From the NCBI RefSeq assembly GCF_002113885.1, contig NW_018408906.1:594890-658889 (forward strand): a stretch of DNA of 64,000 nucleotides, given 5' to 3'. Origin of the DNA: Mizuhopecten yessoensis (lineage: Eukaryota). The notes below the pieces were generated by a model that ran no database searches, was not told the DNA's origin, and worked only from the letters and a program-made list of their open reading frames with translations. Of this stretch, positions 26,446 to 41,990 are shown piece after piece. The translations under genes were made by a program, and so were the position numbers. Every line of letters begins with the position of its first letter. Position 1 is the stretch's first letter.

Positions 26446-28911
26446 TGATGTTTTTTTTTATAGATTTCATCTTGTGGTTGAAGGAGGATTGACTGGGATA
26501 GGGGCTGATTTTTTTTGGGATGGGAGAGACGGCCGAGGTGGAGGCGGTGGGGATTGAAAATATTCTCAGACTTGTCGGGGTAGGGGGTTCTTCAATCCCA
26601 GAAGACCTCTCTAAATCCGCCGCTTTTCTTAATGTTGGCCCATTTCATGTCAACTTATAGCTTTATGTCGTTTCCTGTTTTCTTTTTTCATTTTTTATCT
26701 TTTGTTTTATTAATGTTTCTATTCAGTTTAACTAACAAATATATCTAGTCTTTGAGCTGACTAAATGTAAAGAGAAGATGAACCGTTGAAGAATAATTCT
26801 GTTCCTAGTGTTTTCTTTTTACACATTTTTTTTTTAGAATTTCTGTTTATAAAAAAAAGTGTTTTTTTCGCATTTAAAAACTTTACATTCTACAAAATGC
26901 AATATCAGTTGGTTTCAAATCCCCCCCCGGTCCCACTTCCCTCCATATTCGGTAATAAGAGGCGCCCGCACCTGTTAGTGCAATAATGAACATCCCTTCT
27001 TTTGTGAAAGAAACAGAAATAAAATCAATTTCTTTTCAGAGTGTGTCATGCCGATGACATACAAGAGAGCCGAATAGATTTCCTTGTGTAATATCAATAG
27101 AAATGGTATTTTAAACAAGACCTATGACACTTTCTAAACATGAACCATACCCTTTAACAATGGGTACAAAATCGTACCAATGGCTACCTGAATAGCAAGT
27201 CGTGAGTTTTTGGTGTTTACTGGCTTAATATAAATTACATTCTATTAGTAAATACACCGCACATATTGAGGTACAGAAAATTAAAACATGCTCTCTCGAG
27301 CTAATATTTAAGCAGGTAATTGACCGCTGACACATTCCGAAGTTTTTTAATTTTGGAAAGTAGACACATATATATAATCCAAATTTAGAAGGATGTCACT
27401 TTCTTTATCATTTGTTTAATTGTTTTCCAATTAAATCGAAGAAAAAGAACGCGCCACGGAAATGCTTGAAAAATTCAATATCTCCGGCCTTTTATTACGG
27501 CGGAGCTGAAATAGACATCTCCTTATGAAATATACATCGCGGTGATCTGACAGCTGTGATTCATTGAGATGATACAAGTCTTTGTTTTCCTAACCACGGT
27601 CTTGTGTGGTACGACTCACCAAGACGTAGCCAAGTGGTCATAAGTTTGAAATGTAAATATTTCTGACAGTAAAATCAAATATTTGAGGAATATGACGTCT
27701 GAATAGATTGCTAAGTCTCGAGTTCGCAATGTTTGTCAAATTTATTAATTGCTCTGAATTGTCTATTTATGCGTCCGTTTTAACACTCCAGATAGGATTT
27801 AATTCAATTAATGTCTGTACTTTCTGTGCGGAAGATCGTCGAAAAGCGATGTGGTTGTGTTGGAGTTTATACGTCGATCGTGCCATAATCATATCTTTTA
27901 CAGTTGTTTGCTAATCAGAGAGGTCACCGTCAAACTCAAACCCGACCTAAATCCATTGAATAGGCTTATTCAACACACAATAATCAGTACCGCAAAATGT
28001 TGACATGTGTATTCAAAGATATGAGAACGGAACCAAAAAAAACCCCAAAACCTTCCATCGTTAGCTTGAAATGAAACTGTAGTTACAAAAAAAATGTTTC
28101 GAATGAATGCGCTAAGGTTCCCTTTTTGAAATATGCCCATTGCAATGTATTGCTCAATGAATGCAGTTTTACAACTGTTAATAAATATAGCGTATGGTTA
28201 TTTCTAAACTAATTTTAGGATGCTTTGGTAAATCGTTTCAAAGCAGAGAAGTTGCAGATAACAGACTCAAACATTTAGCCATCGCTACATTTTGAGTAGT
28301 TAGAAAATTACACCTGCATGTTGAAAACATTTCTTGGCAGTTTTGCTAATTACTGTTTCAAGTGCTCTTCTAGTTTCAAATTAAGATTAATGACTCAACC
28401 TTACATATATTGAAAGAAGTAAGTGTGTCCCCATGTTTTGCTCCCAACATTATTTCGACTATTTAATTAACACTTCTTACATATGTGAGAATGCCTATTA
28501 GTATAGATGTATTTGGTTCAATAGTTGGGGTGACAATGTTTCAAGAGAGAAAATGCAGTAGGAAGGGGCTGTCACAGTATTGTCTCTTTTTTATATTTCG
28601 TACTGTCCCTCGCTCTTCTAAGTCAATGTATCTTGTTTTTAGAGTAATATTTGATTAGTAAATTGTTTTAAAGTTCATCAAAGTTTTTCCAAGTCAATTT
28701 ATATAAAAAAAAATGTTTTTTTTTTAATATTTAAGAAATATATGTTGATACATAGAAACATTGATTCATTTATATTAAATTGTCGCACTTATAAATTTAA
28801 TGGAAAATATTTCTTTTGTCATGGAAAAGGTGTTTTCATAACTTTTTTTTTTTACTTTTGAAAATGCGTAAATATATTTCCATTGAAGACTTTAATCAGG
28901 ATAATATGTTG

Positions 28912-28935
28912 TATTATTATTATTATTATTATTAT
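28912..28935 (+). repeat. (TAT)8 microsatellite
   Basis: Direct read. Confidence 0.9.
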
Positions 28936-31900
28936 TTTTTATTTAAAAATAAAATAAAAAATGGAATCAGTAGGGAGCATCAGAAACACCCTGCCTGACA
29001 CTCATTCTAGAGTAAAAATAATCCATATTACAACAATTTTGCTTCCTGGTTCAAGAGGTGTGTCTTGTGTTTCATTATTGTATTCCCTCTATAGGCATTT
29101 TAAAATGAATAATGAAAATGCAAAATATTATTATTTTTGGTGGGAAAAAAAATCGTAAAATTAAGAAGTTTCCAGTAATTTAGTGTTAAGCTGAACAGAC
29201 TTTTAACTTAAATAGTCTTTTTTAAGCGCACAGGTACAGGTAAATATTTACAGGGAAGTTTGACACTGGGTTTAACGTTTTTCAAATTTGATCTGCTTGA
29301 ATTAATCACCTGCCTGTTACTATTTAAAACGTGTGATACGGATTCCATAGCTGACAAGGCTTTCGCTAAGATATCATAACTTAAGAATTTCTACAAAAGA
29401 AAACATATGTCTTTGCATTTAAACTATTTATAAAATTGACCGAATGCTTACGATGGCTGACAGGTAAGCTTGACACTCCAATAATTTCCCCTTCGAATTT
29501 AAACCATTTAAATGAATCATCTGAGATCGTATCTTGTGAGGTATTTATTTGAAATGTTGAATATGACTAACAAAGCTTCGGGCCGGATACCATAACTTTT
29601 GAATTTAAAAAAAAATATTAACATTTTTTTATTTTGCATTTAAAATTGTAAATGATTGACCAAATGGCTGTGCTGTTTTATTTATTTCCTCAACCGCAGA
29701 AAGGAACAATCTCCCGCGATATTTTTTAAACATTAAATGTTCTCTTTCTTCTTATCTTCGAATAATTGAGTTATCAGAATTTTATATAAATTTAGATCTT
29801 ATCAAAATGTATATAATTTTATCAGAAGTGTGAAAATGCTTTTTATTCGTTTTTTCTTTCTTACCGGCGTTGTACGATACTGCCATCAGATTTAGATACC
29901 GATCTTTTATATTAAACATCTACATTTGCAGGTAAAAAATGCAATTTTGATAAGAGGTTTCCTAGGTACGTTCATGATATCAATCGGGATGAAAGGCAAT
30001 CAGATTCAAATTAGATTTGAATTAGTCAGTTGTGATGACTTATTTGTTAAAATATGTCATATTTCTTCACCACCTGACTAATTGAGCTGTTTCATTGTCC
30101 CGCAGTTTGGCCATTTTCTGAGCGTGGATCAGAAGAGACGTATGGACGCGTGGGTTTATTTGCGACATACCGCTGGGTCTATTTGCTGGTGTTTATACTG
30201 CAGTTTAACGACCTTAAATGGAATTTAAGAAAAATCATATACCGTTTACTTAATTAAGAAGGCCGAGACAAAGTAACACCCGAACCGTTTTTAATGGATT
30301 TTTATCAGTTTATATAGTTTTAACGAGTTTATAAATTATATTAATCATGTACTAGGACTTAAAGATGTGTTTTATGGTGTGGTCAGTGTGTCGCGCATGG
30401 CTAACCATGCTTGTTAACTTGCTGTAACTGTCAAATTTTAGCCATGAGCACGTGTAAGTGACCAATAACAATGGCTGGCATGACATGTTTGTTAGTTTTT
30501 GTTTTTATGTACACACACTGGTGTTAACATTGAGGCGATTTCAGTTGTAAATGAAAACTGGAGGGTGATCCATCTTTCTCCGTGTGTTGGTCAGTGTTTA
30601 CCATACACAGCCTCCGGCCAATTTCTGGACACTGAGACGAAGCCTGTAAAATTAATGCATTCGATTACAGCTCTTTAGCATACAGCTTTCCGTGGCCTAA
30701 GGCTTTACTTCCAAGACGGACGCATATAAGGGGCATCACAAAAAGTGCGAACGCAACCAAGTCAAATCGTAGCAGAACAACGAAGGAGCTAATACGCCAC
30801 CCTGACGTCTTGTAACATACATTATATCATTTACTCTCACATTATTATTCGCTACTGTGTCTTTTTAAGTGCACCAGGCAGTGTTTGAAAGATCTGTTGA
30901 GGAAATGAGAACAAAACTCATGAAAAGCTATTAATTATTATTAACATTTTTTATTTTTCGGTAAACTTCGTTTGCAATGAGAACCCACTGAAGATACTTT
31001 CAAATCCAAACAGTGAAATATATGGTTAATCCAGAATTCGGATTTCGATCATTCGGACTGAACTCACTTTCCGGATACTTCTGTCGATATTTTCTTGTCG
31101 TTAATCCCGAAAATATGTTAATTCGGACGATGAAATTGTCTGATCGAAACATACATGTTCAAATTACAAAGTTGGTATTTCGTAATTCAAATATATATAA
31201 GGAAATAGTATAGTGTTGTTATTATTGCATTTTTTGGATAATGTACCATAATGCTGCAATAATAACAACTATTATCAACGAATAGAAAAGTCTAAAATTA
31301 ATGTAATATATTTCATTAATATGTTTCATTCATTTTAAACTTTTCTATTCGTTAATAACTCACGTCTGTCGAATCACTGTCTCTCGCTTGGTTTTTTCCG
31401 AAAGAGAGACATTATGTTCAGGCATTACAGTAGGTCTGAACCCCTTACGTTCGTTTGTTCGGCTGAATGCCCTCAATAAGTAGTTTGCCAACGTGATATG
31501 AAATATGAAACTTTTGTATTCCTAAATTTCAGATTGTTCAAATTATATATCAAGCATTAAATTTTACAAACTCATTTCTCTGTAATTATTCCTCAAGACG
31601 TTTTGTTAAGCCTTCACTCAATGTGTTCATCGCACGTATGTATAAGTTATTGATAGTTATTGGTATGTAACGCGAATTGAGGCGAAAAATAATCACGGGA
31701 ATTTTATGCAATTTACAGCATCCAGATTTTCACAAAATAGTATATATTGTAATAAGTTAGGTACAATAGCTGTATAATTTTTTTTTCAACTTTTAACTAG
31801 CTAGACTATTTATTCCACAATGAAATACATGTTTAACTTGGTGTAGTGTATGCATACCCTTAAGATTTATTTTCAAGCGTTCAAAATATCTTTAAATAAC

Positions 31901-34900
31901 AACAAATCTATCTTCTATAGGTCGATATAAATGAATTACGATAAAGCCGTCAATTGAAACAGATTTAAACAGAAAGCCTGCTGCTTATAATTAGGGGTTT
32001 CTCAGCCTACCATAGCGTTCAACCTCGTCCTCAGGTATATAGATGTCATTCTCCGAAGTTTAACTAATAGTTGCGGTGAAAGGAGTGAACCCTGTCTCAC
32101 ACCGCAGTACGCATATAATAGCATTAACGGCAAATATATCACACGGGAAATTTAATGATTAATTAATTTTCTCGATTATATCCTGTCGATTTGGGGAACC
32201 ACAGGATTGTTAAGACTTGATTGTGGGTCATCATGAATCCTAGTTTACATCTTGATTTATTAACTTAAATTACAAATCTGGTTTCAAGAGTCATCCCCGC
32301 CCATTCTGTCTAAGTGAAAAGGTGGGAGGCATCGCTAACAGAAGATAATAATTAGATCCCGCTACAAGCGGACAATCACAAGCGCTTGACCTACCCCGAT
32401 GCATCCTGTTAATCGGGTGCTTTGCAGCTTGTATTTTGCAACGCGTCGGCTGTGTGAAATACGGCGGTGAAACGTGATCGTCTGATCGTTCCTATTTATG
32501 GCACGGTTCAATGACATCGTACCCCGAATTAATGGTTAAATCTCCTACAGATTCGCTTTTGATGTAACGATACCGTCCATTGGCTACTAATTGGTCACAG
32601 ACTTTACTTGATCGTTCAATCTTCCGCCGCTTATGACCGTAAATTGTCCAAATTCGGAGGCTTGTTATCCTGTGGTCATACCGAATTGACGGAGCGTTAC
32701 ACCATACATAATCCCCAATACTTTGACTGCAAGTCAAACTGATAAATACACCCGAATCTTTCTGTGTTCGACACAATTCATCCCCTATCGATTTCCGCAA
32801 AACTACCCTAAAATTGGCCCCTTTAAAGCTACAATATCCTTTCTGGATACTTGAAATGAACTTCTAATGAAAAGGAACAATGGAAACCTAATCTACAATT
32901 AGCATAGTTTTAAGTCTAATTATATGAGTTTCATTTTACACAGTACACTAATAAATTGAAGGTTTTTTCTACCCTCCTGTATCAATTTGTTATGTTATAA
33001 ATAATTACTGCCTCACTTATGGGTTTTTTGTAGTGTTTGTATTTTTTTGCCAAACAGACATTTTAGGTATAACGCCTCTAATTTCTGGCGAATCCTATTT
33101 TTACATTGATTAAAATATAACATTATTCATTTTATTATATTACAAAAATGTTATATCCCAAAAGGTATTTTACTAAAAAAAATTGTCGTCCACAGATAGT
33201 TTTAATGATTAAGGCCACTATATAAAGGCTATTACCTGGGCATGGTATAAAATTTATACTTTGAATTGTTTAACAAAAGTCCCCGAACAATGGAAATGCA
33301 ACGCATGTCGTTTCCTCAAATCCCAGTATTAAAGTACATCATGATGTTCAAACATCATAAAAATCTTTTGAAATGATTTTTTTGTATTTTTATTACCTCG
33401 TAAACAAACACTGTGATTTCATAAAAATTAAAATGTCTGGGTTAATTAGTCTTAAATTGTATTACGTTCAGTTTCATTGCATGCGGTGTGTCTCATTGTG
33501 ACTGAATAACAGGTTCGTAACAGGTTTTTTTCTCAATTATGTTTTACATCTGTGCAATGAATTAGAATAGGAAAACTGTAATGTGAGGGGAAAATTTCAT
33601 TTCAAACCCATAGAAGAAAGTAATGGCATGTTAAAACACTTTTAAAAAACGTGGTCATCCATTAAGTTTTCGTAAATGCCAAAGAGGAATTCGGGGGAAA
33701 GAATGCTGAAAATGTAGACACTTACATTCCGTTTAGCACGAAAATAATTATTTGGGAACTGTTCTGCTCCACCGAGACATATTAAGAAAATGAAATAAAA
33801 ACAAATCATGTTGTGAAATTCATATATCTATGACAAGTATAACGTATTTTCCTAAAATACATCATTTGTGAAAAAAATAAAAGACCACCAATCAATTTTT
33901 TACTTCAAAATTAAAATTGAACTAGTTCTGGAGGTAGTTCTGAAGTTTTATTCGATATCATTTCTAATTTGCTTAGAGATAGCTGGCGTTTGTTTTCAGT
34001 TGTCCTTACACAATTCTATCATTTAATGAGACCTGTCAAAGTTATCATATCTTGACGTTATACATGCACATTTCGCATTAATGATAGATGTGCATGGATT
34101 TCAAATTTTACCAATTCATGTGTGTAACTCGATAGATACTCATTGTGTCGTATTATAGCAATATTGAAAACATTTTCATGTAAAACACTTGTTTAATTGT
34201 CTACATATCTTCGTTTCGATCAGAAACGACCTTATGAGCAATTTGGTGTTTTTCATAACATACCCATTGCATGCAATGTGCATGTATTGTCAATTTCGGC
34301 AGTCTGCGTATGGCAGATGTTTATGGTACTAAAGCCTGCATTCAAACGAAGATCGTATTACAACGTATTAGGAGGTCATTATCAATAATAATGTTTAAAG
34401 GTGTTTGTCCTCTAGCTAATTTGAGGACAAGATATATCAATATTATTAAATCAAGCTAAAATAATTATCCAAATTAGTACAAATGAGGGCAAGGGTTTTT
34501 TCTAGTCTTTTAATAAATGTGTAATTTTGCATGACATATCTGTTTGGAAATCGCGTATTCACATTATTTAAATGTGTGTTTATATGTCTCATTTGAGAAA
34601 GCTTCTTGTCAGAAAAGCGACAGCTGTATACGGAAGTTCAAAAATACAAACATTTTGTGAGATTGATAACACAGTATTCATATAATACTCGTATAGATAT
34701 AACATTATATAAGCAAAATTAATAAAAAAAAACACAAAAACAAATGAAGAATTAAAAAAAATATAAGCACTATTAAACACAACGTAACACACAGACAGGT
34801 GATTGCACCATTCAAATGAGGTAATAGATACAGTATGCCAAAATGAATCACATCGAGTAATAGAGCTGTTTCGTCCTTCTAGACATCATTGTTGTTGCTA

Positions 34901-35000
34901 GGGGTCTAACAGTTGGAAAATAGAATTGGTCTAAACTTTTGTTGAATCAGTAAGGGAGGTGCGTAAAAGTCTATGAACTCCTCAAAATGTTAAAGTTGAT

Positions 35001-38000
35001 ACCTTCCATGATATCTCTCTAGTTATCCGTCGTTATATGACATGTGTGTTGTTTCTCTACTGCGTTGCTATATTACCCATGATATCTCTCTAGATATCTG
35101 TCGTTATATGACCTGTGTGTTGTTTCTCTACTCTGTAGTAACCTTCCATGATATCTCTTTAGATATCTGTCGTGATATGACCTGTGTGTTATTTCTCTAC
35201 TGCGTTGCTATATTTACCCCTCATATCTCTCTAGATATCCGTCGTTATAAGACCTGTGTGTTGTTTCTCTACTTCGTTGCTATATTTACCCATGATATCT
35301 CTCTAGATATCTGTCGTTATATGACCTGTGTGTTGTTTCTCTACTGCGTTGCTATATTTACCCATGATATCTCTCTAGATATCTGTCGATATATGACCTG
35401 TGTGTTGTTTCCCTACTGCCTTGCTATATTTACCCATGATTTCACTCTAGATATCTGTCGTTATATGGCCTGTGTGTTGTTTCTCTACTGCGTTGCTATA
35501 TTTACCCATGATATCTCTCTAGATATCTGTCGTTATATGACCTGTATATTGTTTCTCTACTGCGTTGATATTTTTACCCATGATATCTCTCTAGATATCT
35601 GTCGTTATATGACATGTGTGTTGTTTCCCTACTGCGTTGCTATATTTACCCATGATTTCACTCTAGATATCTGTCGTTAAAGGACCTGTGTGTTATTTCT
35701 CTGTTGTTTCTCTACTGCGTTGCTATATGTACCCATGATATCTCTCTAGATATCTGTCGTTATATGACCTGTGTGTTGTTTCTCTACTGCGTTGCTATAT
35801 TTACCCATGATATATCTCTAGATATCCGTCGTTATATGACATGTGTGTTGTTTCTCTACTGCGTTGCTATATCTACCCATGATTTCACTCTAGATATCAG
35901 TCGTTAAAGGACCTGTGTGTTGTTTCTCTACTGCGTTGCTATATCTACCCATGATTTCACTCTAGATATCAGTCGTTAAAGGCCCTGTGTGTTGTTTCTC
36001 TACTGCGTTGCTATATTTAACCCTGATATCTCTCTAGTTATCCGTCGTTATATGACCTGTGTGTTGTTTCTCTACTGCGTTGCTATATTTACCCATGATA
36101 TTTCTCTAGATTTCCGTCGTTATATGACCTTTATATTGTTTCTCTACTGCGTTGCTATATTTACCCCTGATATCTCTCTAGTTATCCGTCGTTATATGAC
36201 CTGTGTGTTGTTTCTCTACCGCGTTGCTATATTTACCCATGATATCTCTCTAGATATCAGTCGTTATATGACCTGTGTGTTATTTCTCTACTCTGTAGCT
36301 ACCTTCAATGATGTCGTTATATGACCTGTTTGTTGTTTCTCTACTGTGTGCTATATTTACCCATGTTATCTTCGTTATATGACCTGTGTGTTGTTTCTCT
36401 ACTGAGTTGCTATATTTTCCAATGAAATCTCTCTAGATATCTGTCGTTATATGACCTGTGTGTTGTTTGTTGCTATATTTACCCATGATATCTCTCTAGT
36501 TTCTCTACTGCGTTGCTATATTTACCCATCATATCTCTCTAGATATCCTTCATTATATGACCTGTGTGTTGTTTCTCTACTGCATTGATATATTTACCCA
36601 TGATATCTCTCTAGATATCCGTCGTTATATGACCTGTTTGTTATTTCTCTACTGCGTTGCTATATTTACCCATGATATTTGTCTAGATATCCGTCGTTAT
36701 ATGACCTGTGTGTTGTTTCTCTACTGTGTGCTATATTTACCCATGTTATCTTCGTTATATGACCTGTGTGTTGTTTCTCTACCGCGTTGCTATATTTACC
36801 CCTGATATCTCTCTAGTTATCCGTCGTTATATGACCTGTGTGTTGTTTCTCTACCGCGTTGCTATATTTACCCATGATATCTCTCTAGATATCTGTCGTT
36901 ACATGACCAATGTGTTGTTTCTCTACTGCGTTGCTATATTTACCCATGATATCTCTCTAGATATCCGTCGTTATATGGCCTCTGTGTTGTTTCTCTACTG
37001 CGTTGCTATATTTACCCATCATATCTCTCTAGATATCCGTCATTATATGACCTGTGTGTTGTTTCTCTACTGCGTTGCTATATTAACCCATGATATCTCT
37101 CTAGATATCCGTCGTTATATGACCTGTGTGTTATGACCTGTGTGTTGTTTCTCTACTGTTGCTATATTTACCCATGATATTTCTCTAGAGATCCGTCGTT
37201 ATATGACCTGTGTGTTGTTTCTCTACTGCATTGATATATTTACCCATGATATCTCTCTAAATATCCGTCGTTATATGACCTGTGTGTTATTTCTCTACTG
37301 TGTTGCTTTATTTACCCATGTTATCTCTCTAAATATCCGTCGTTATATGACCTGTTTGTTATTTCTCTACTGCGTTGCTATATTAACCCATGATATCTCT
37401 CTAGATATTCGTCGTTATATGACGTACTCTAGATATCAGTCGTTAAAGGACCTGTGTGTTGTTTCTCTACTATATCCGTCGTTATATGACATGTGTGTTG
37501 TTTCTTTACTGCGTTGCTATATTTACCCAGGATAACTTTCTAGATATCCGTCGTTATATGAACTGTGTGTTGTTTCTCTACTGCGTTTCTATATTTCCCC
37601 ATGATATCTCTCTAGATATCTGTCGTTATATGACATGTGTTTTGTTTCTCTACTGCGTTGCTATATTTACCCATGTTATCTCTCTAAATATCCGTCGTTA
37701 TATGACCTGTTTGTTATTTCTCTACTGCGTTGCTATATTTGCCCATGATATCTCTCTAGATATCTCTCGTTATATGACCTGTGTGTTGTTTGTTGCTATA
37801 TTTACCCATGATATATCTCTTCATATCCGTCGTTATATGACCTGTTTGTTGTTTCTCTACTGCGTTGCTATATTAACACATGATATCTCTCTAGATATCT
37901 GCCTGTGTGTTGTTTCCCTACTGCGTTGCTATATTTACCCATGACATCTCTCTAGATATCCGTCGTTATATAACCTGTGTGTTGTTTCTCTACTGCGTTG

Positions 38001-41000
38001 CTATATTTACCCATGATATCTATCTAGATATCCGTCGTTATATGACGTGTGTTTTTTCTCTACTCTGTAGCTACCTTCAATGATATCTCTCTAGATATCA
38101 GTCGTTATATGACCTGTGTGTTGTTTCTCTACTGCGTTGATATATTTACCCATGACATCTCTCTAGATATCCGTCGTTATATAACCTGTGTGTTGTTTCT
38201 CTACTGCGTTGCTATATTTGCCCATGATATCTCTCTAAATATCCGTCGTTATATGACCTGTGTGTTATTTCTCTACTGTGTTGCTATATTTACCTATCAT
38301 ATCTCTCTAGATGTCCGTCGTTATATGACCTGTGTATTATTTCTCTACTCTGTAGCTACCTTGAATGATATCTCTCTAGATATCCGTCGTTATATGACCT
38401 GTGTGTTATTTCTCTACTGCGTTGCTATATTTACCCATGATATCTCTCTAGATATCCGTCGTTATATGACGTGTGTTTTTTCTCTACTCTGTAGCTACCT
38501 TCAATGATATCTCTCTAGATATCTGTCGTTATATGGCCTGTGTGTTGTTTCTCTGCTGCGTTGCTATATTTACCCATGAATTCACTCTAGATATCTGTCG
38601 TTAAAGGACCTGTGTGTTATTTCTCTACTGCGTTGCTATAGTTACCCATGATATCTCTCTAGATATTCGTCGTTATATGACGTGTGTTGTTTCTCTACTG
38701 CGTTGCTATATTTACCAATGATATCTCTCTAGATATCTGTCGTTATATGACCTGTGGGTTATTTCTCTACTGTGTTGCTTTATTTACCCATGTTATCTCT
38801 CTAGATATCTGTCGTCATATGGCCTGTGTGTTTTTCTCTACTGTGTTGCTATATTTACCCATGATATCTCTCTTGATATCCGTCGTTATATGACCTGTGT
38901 GTTATTTCTCTACTGCGTTGCTATATTTACCCATGCTTTCACTCTAGATATCAGTCGTTATATGACCTGTGTGTTGTTTCCCACTGCGTTGCTATATTTA
39001 CCCATGATATCTCTCTAGATATCCGTCGTTATATGACCTGTGTGTTGTTTTCCTACTGAGTTGCTATATTTACCCATGATATCTCTCTAGAAATCTGTCG
39101 TTATATGACCTGTGGGTTGTTTCTCTACTGCGTTGCTATATTTACCCATGCTTTCACTCTAGATATCAGTCGTTATATGACCTGTGTGTTGTTTCCCACT
39201 GCGTTGCTATATTTACCCATGATATCTCTCTAGATATCCGTCGTTATATGACCTGTGTTTTGTTTCCCTAGTGCGATGCTATATATTCCCATGATATCTC
39301 TCTAGATATCTGTCGTTATATGCCTTTGTGTTGTTTCTCTACTCTGTAGCTTCCTACCATGATATATCTCTAGATATCCGTCGTTATATGACCTGTTTGT
39401 TGTTCTGTACTGCGTTGCTATATTTACCCATGATATCTCTCTAGAAATCTGTCGTTATATGACCTGTGTGTTGTTTCTCTACTGCGTTGCTATATTTTCC
39501 CATGATATCTCTCTAGATATCTGTCGTTATATGACCTGTGTGTTGTTTCTCTACTGCGTTGTTATATTTATCCATGATATCTCTCTAGATATCCGTCGTT
39601 ATATGACCTGGGTGTTGTTTCTCTACTGCCTTGCTATATTTACCCATCATATCTCTCTAGATATCAGTAGTTATATGACGTGTGTTGATTCTCTACTCTG
39701 TAGGTTCCTACCATGATATAGCTCTAGATATCCGCCGTTATATGACCTGTTTGTTATTTCCCTACTGCCATGCTATATTTCCCCATGATATCTCTCTCGA
39801 TATCTGTCGTTATATGCCCTGTGTGTTATTTCCCCACTGCGATGCTATATTTACTCTACTGCGTTGCTATATTTTACCATGATATCTCTCTAGGTATCTG
39901 TCGTTATATGACCTATGTGTTGTTTCTCTACTCTGCGTTGTTATATTTATCCATGATACGTCGTTATATGACCTGGTTGTTGTTTCTCTACTGCCTTGCT
40001 ATATTTACCCATACTGCGTTGTTATATTTATCCATGATATCTCTCTAGGTATCTGTCGTTATATGATTAGATATCTGTCGTGATATGACCTGTGTGTTGT
40101 TTTCCTACTGAGTTGCTATATTTACCCACGATATCTCTCTAGATACCCATGCTTTCACTCTAGATATCTGTCGTGATATGACCTGAGTGTTATTTCTCTA
40201 CTGTGTTGCTTTATTTACCCATGTTATCTCTCTAGATATTTGTCGTTATATGACCTGTTTGTTGTTTCTCTACTGAGTTGCTATATTTACCAATGAAATC
40301 TCTCTAGATATCTGACGTTATATGACCTGTGTGCTGTTTCTCTACTGCGTTACTATATTTTTACCATGATATCCCTCTAGATATCAGTCGTTACAGGACC
40401 TGTGTGTTGTTTCTCCACTGCGTTGCTATATTTGCCCAGGATATCTTTCTAGATATCTGTCGTTACATCACCTGTGTGTTGTTTCTCCACTGCGTTGCTA
40501 TATTTCCCCATGATATCTCTCTACTCTACTGTGTTGCTATATTTACCCATGAAATCTCTCTAGATATCTGACGTTATATGACCTGTGTTTTGTTTCCCTA
40601 GTGCGATGCTATATATTCCCATGATATCTCTCTCGATATCTGTCGTTATCTGCGTTGCTATATTTACCCCTGATATCTCTCTAGTTATCCGTCGTTATAT
40701 GACCTGTTTGTTATTTCCCTACTGCCATGCCATATTTACCCATGATATAGCAACGCAGTAGAGTAAATATAGCATCGCAGTGGGGAAATAACACACAGGG
40801 CATATAACGACGGATATCTCTCTAGATATCACTCGTTATATGACGTGTGCTGTTTCTCTACTGCGTTGATATATTTACCCATGATATCGCTCGAGAAATC
40901 TGTCGTTAAAGGACCTGTGTGTTATTTCCCCACTGCGATGCTATATTTACCCATGTCATCTCTCTAGATATCTGTCGATATATGACCTGTGTGTTAGTTC

Positions 41001-41990
41001 TCTACTGCGTTGCTGTATTTACCAATGATATCTTTCTAGATATCTGTCGTTAAAAGACCTGTGTGTTATTTCCCTACTTCCATGCTATATTTACCCATGA
41101 TTTCACTCTAGATATCTGTCGTGATATGACCTGAGTGTTATTTCTCTACTCTGTAGCTACTTTCAATGATATCTCTCTAGATATCTGTCGTGATATGACC
41201 TGTGTGTTATTTCCCTACTGCCATGCTATATTTACCCATGATATCTCTCTCGATATCTGTCGTTATATGACCTGTGTGTTATTTCCCTACTGCGATGCTA
41301 TATTTACCCATGATATCTCTCTAGATATCAGTCGTTATATGACGTGTGATGCTTCTCTACTGCGTTGCTATATTTTTACCATGATATCTCTCTGGATATC
41401 CGTCGTTATATGACCTGTGTGTTGTTTCCCTACTGCCATGCTATATTTACCCATTATATCTCTCTAGATATCTGTCGTTATATGAACTGTGTGTTATTTC
41501 TCTACTGCGTTGCTTTATTTTTACCATGATATCGCTCTAGATATCCGTCGTTATATGACCTGTGTGTTATTTCCCCACTGCGATGCTATATTTACCCATG
41601 ATATCTCTCTCGATATCTGTCGTTATATGACCTGTGTGTTATTTCTCTACTGCGTTGCTTTATTTTTACCATGATATCTCTCTAGATATCCGTCGTTATA
41701 TGACCTGTTTGTTGTTTCTCTACTGCGTTGCTAATTTACCCATGATATCTAGATATCCGTCGGTATACAACCTGTGTGTTATTTCTCTACTCTGTAGCTA
41801 CCTTCAATGATATCTCTCTAAATATCTGTCGTTATATGACCTGTGTGTTGTTTCTCTACTCTGTAGCTACCTTCAATGATATCTCTCTAGATATCTGTCG
41901 TGATATGACCTGTGTGTTGTTTCTCTACTGCGTTGCTATATTTTCCCGTAATATCTCTCTTGACACTCGGTCGTCATTTGACCTGCAAGT
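35001..41990 (+). repeat. 72-bp satellite array (~7 kb, roughly 95 units)
   Basis: Consensus CCATGATATCTCTCTAGATATCTGTCGTTATATGACCTGTGTGTTGTTTCTCTACTGCGTTGCTATATTTAC. The period is 72 (e.g. 35290 to 35362). A recurrent variant reads CTCTGTAGCTACCTTCAATGA. Confidence 0.98.

Noticed and set aside
31420-31472. miR-375-like hairpin (TTTGTTCGGCTG)
   Set aside because: The match to the mature miRNA is only partial and the stem is poorly paired.
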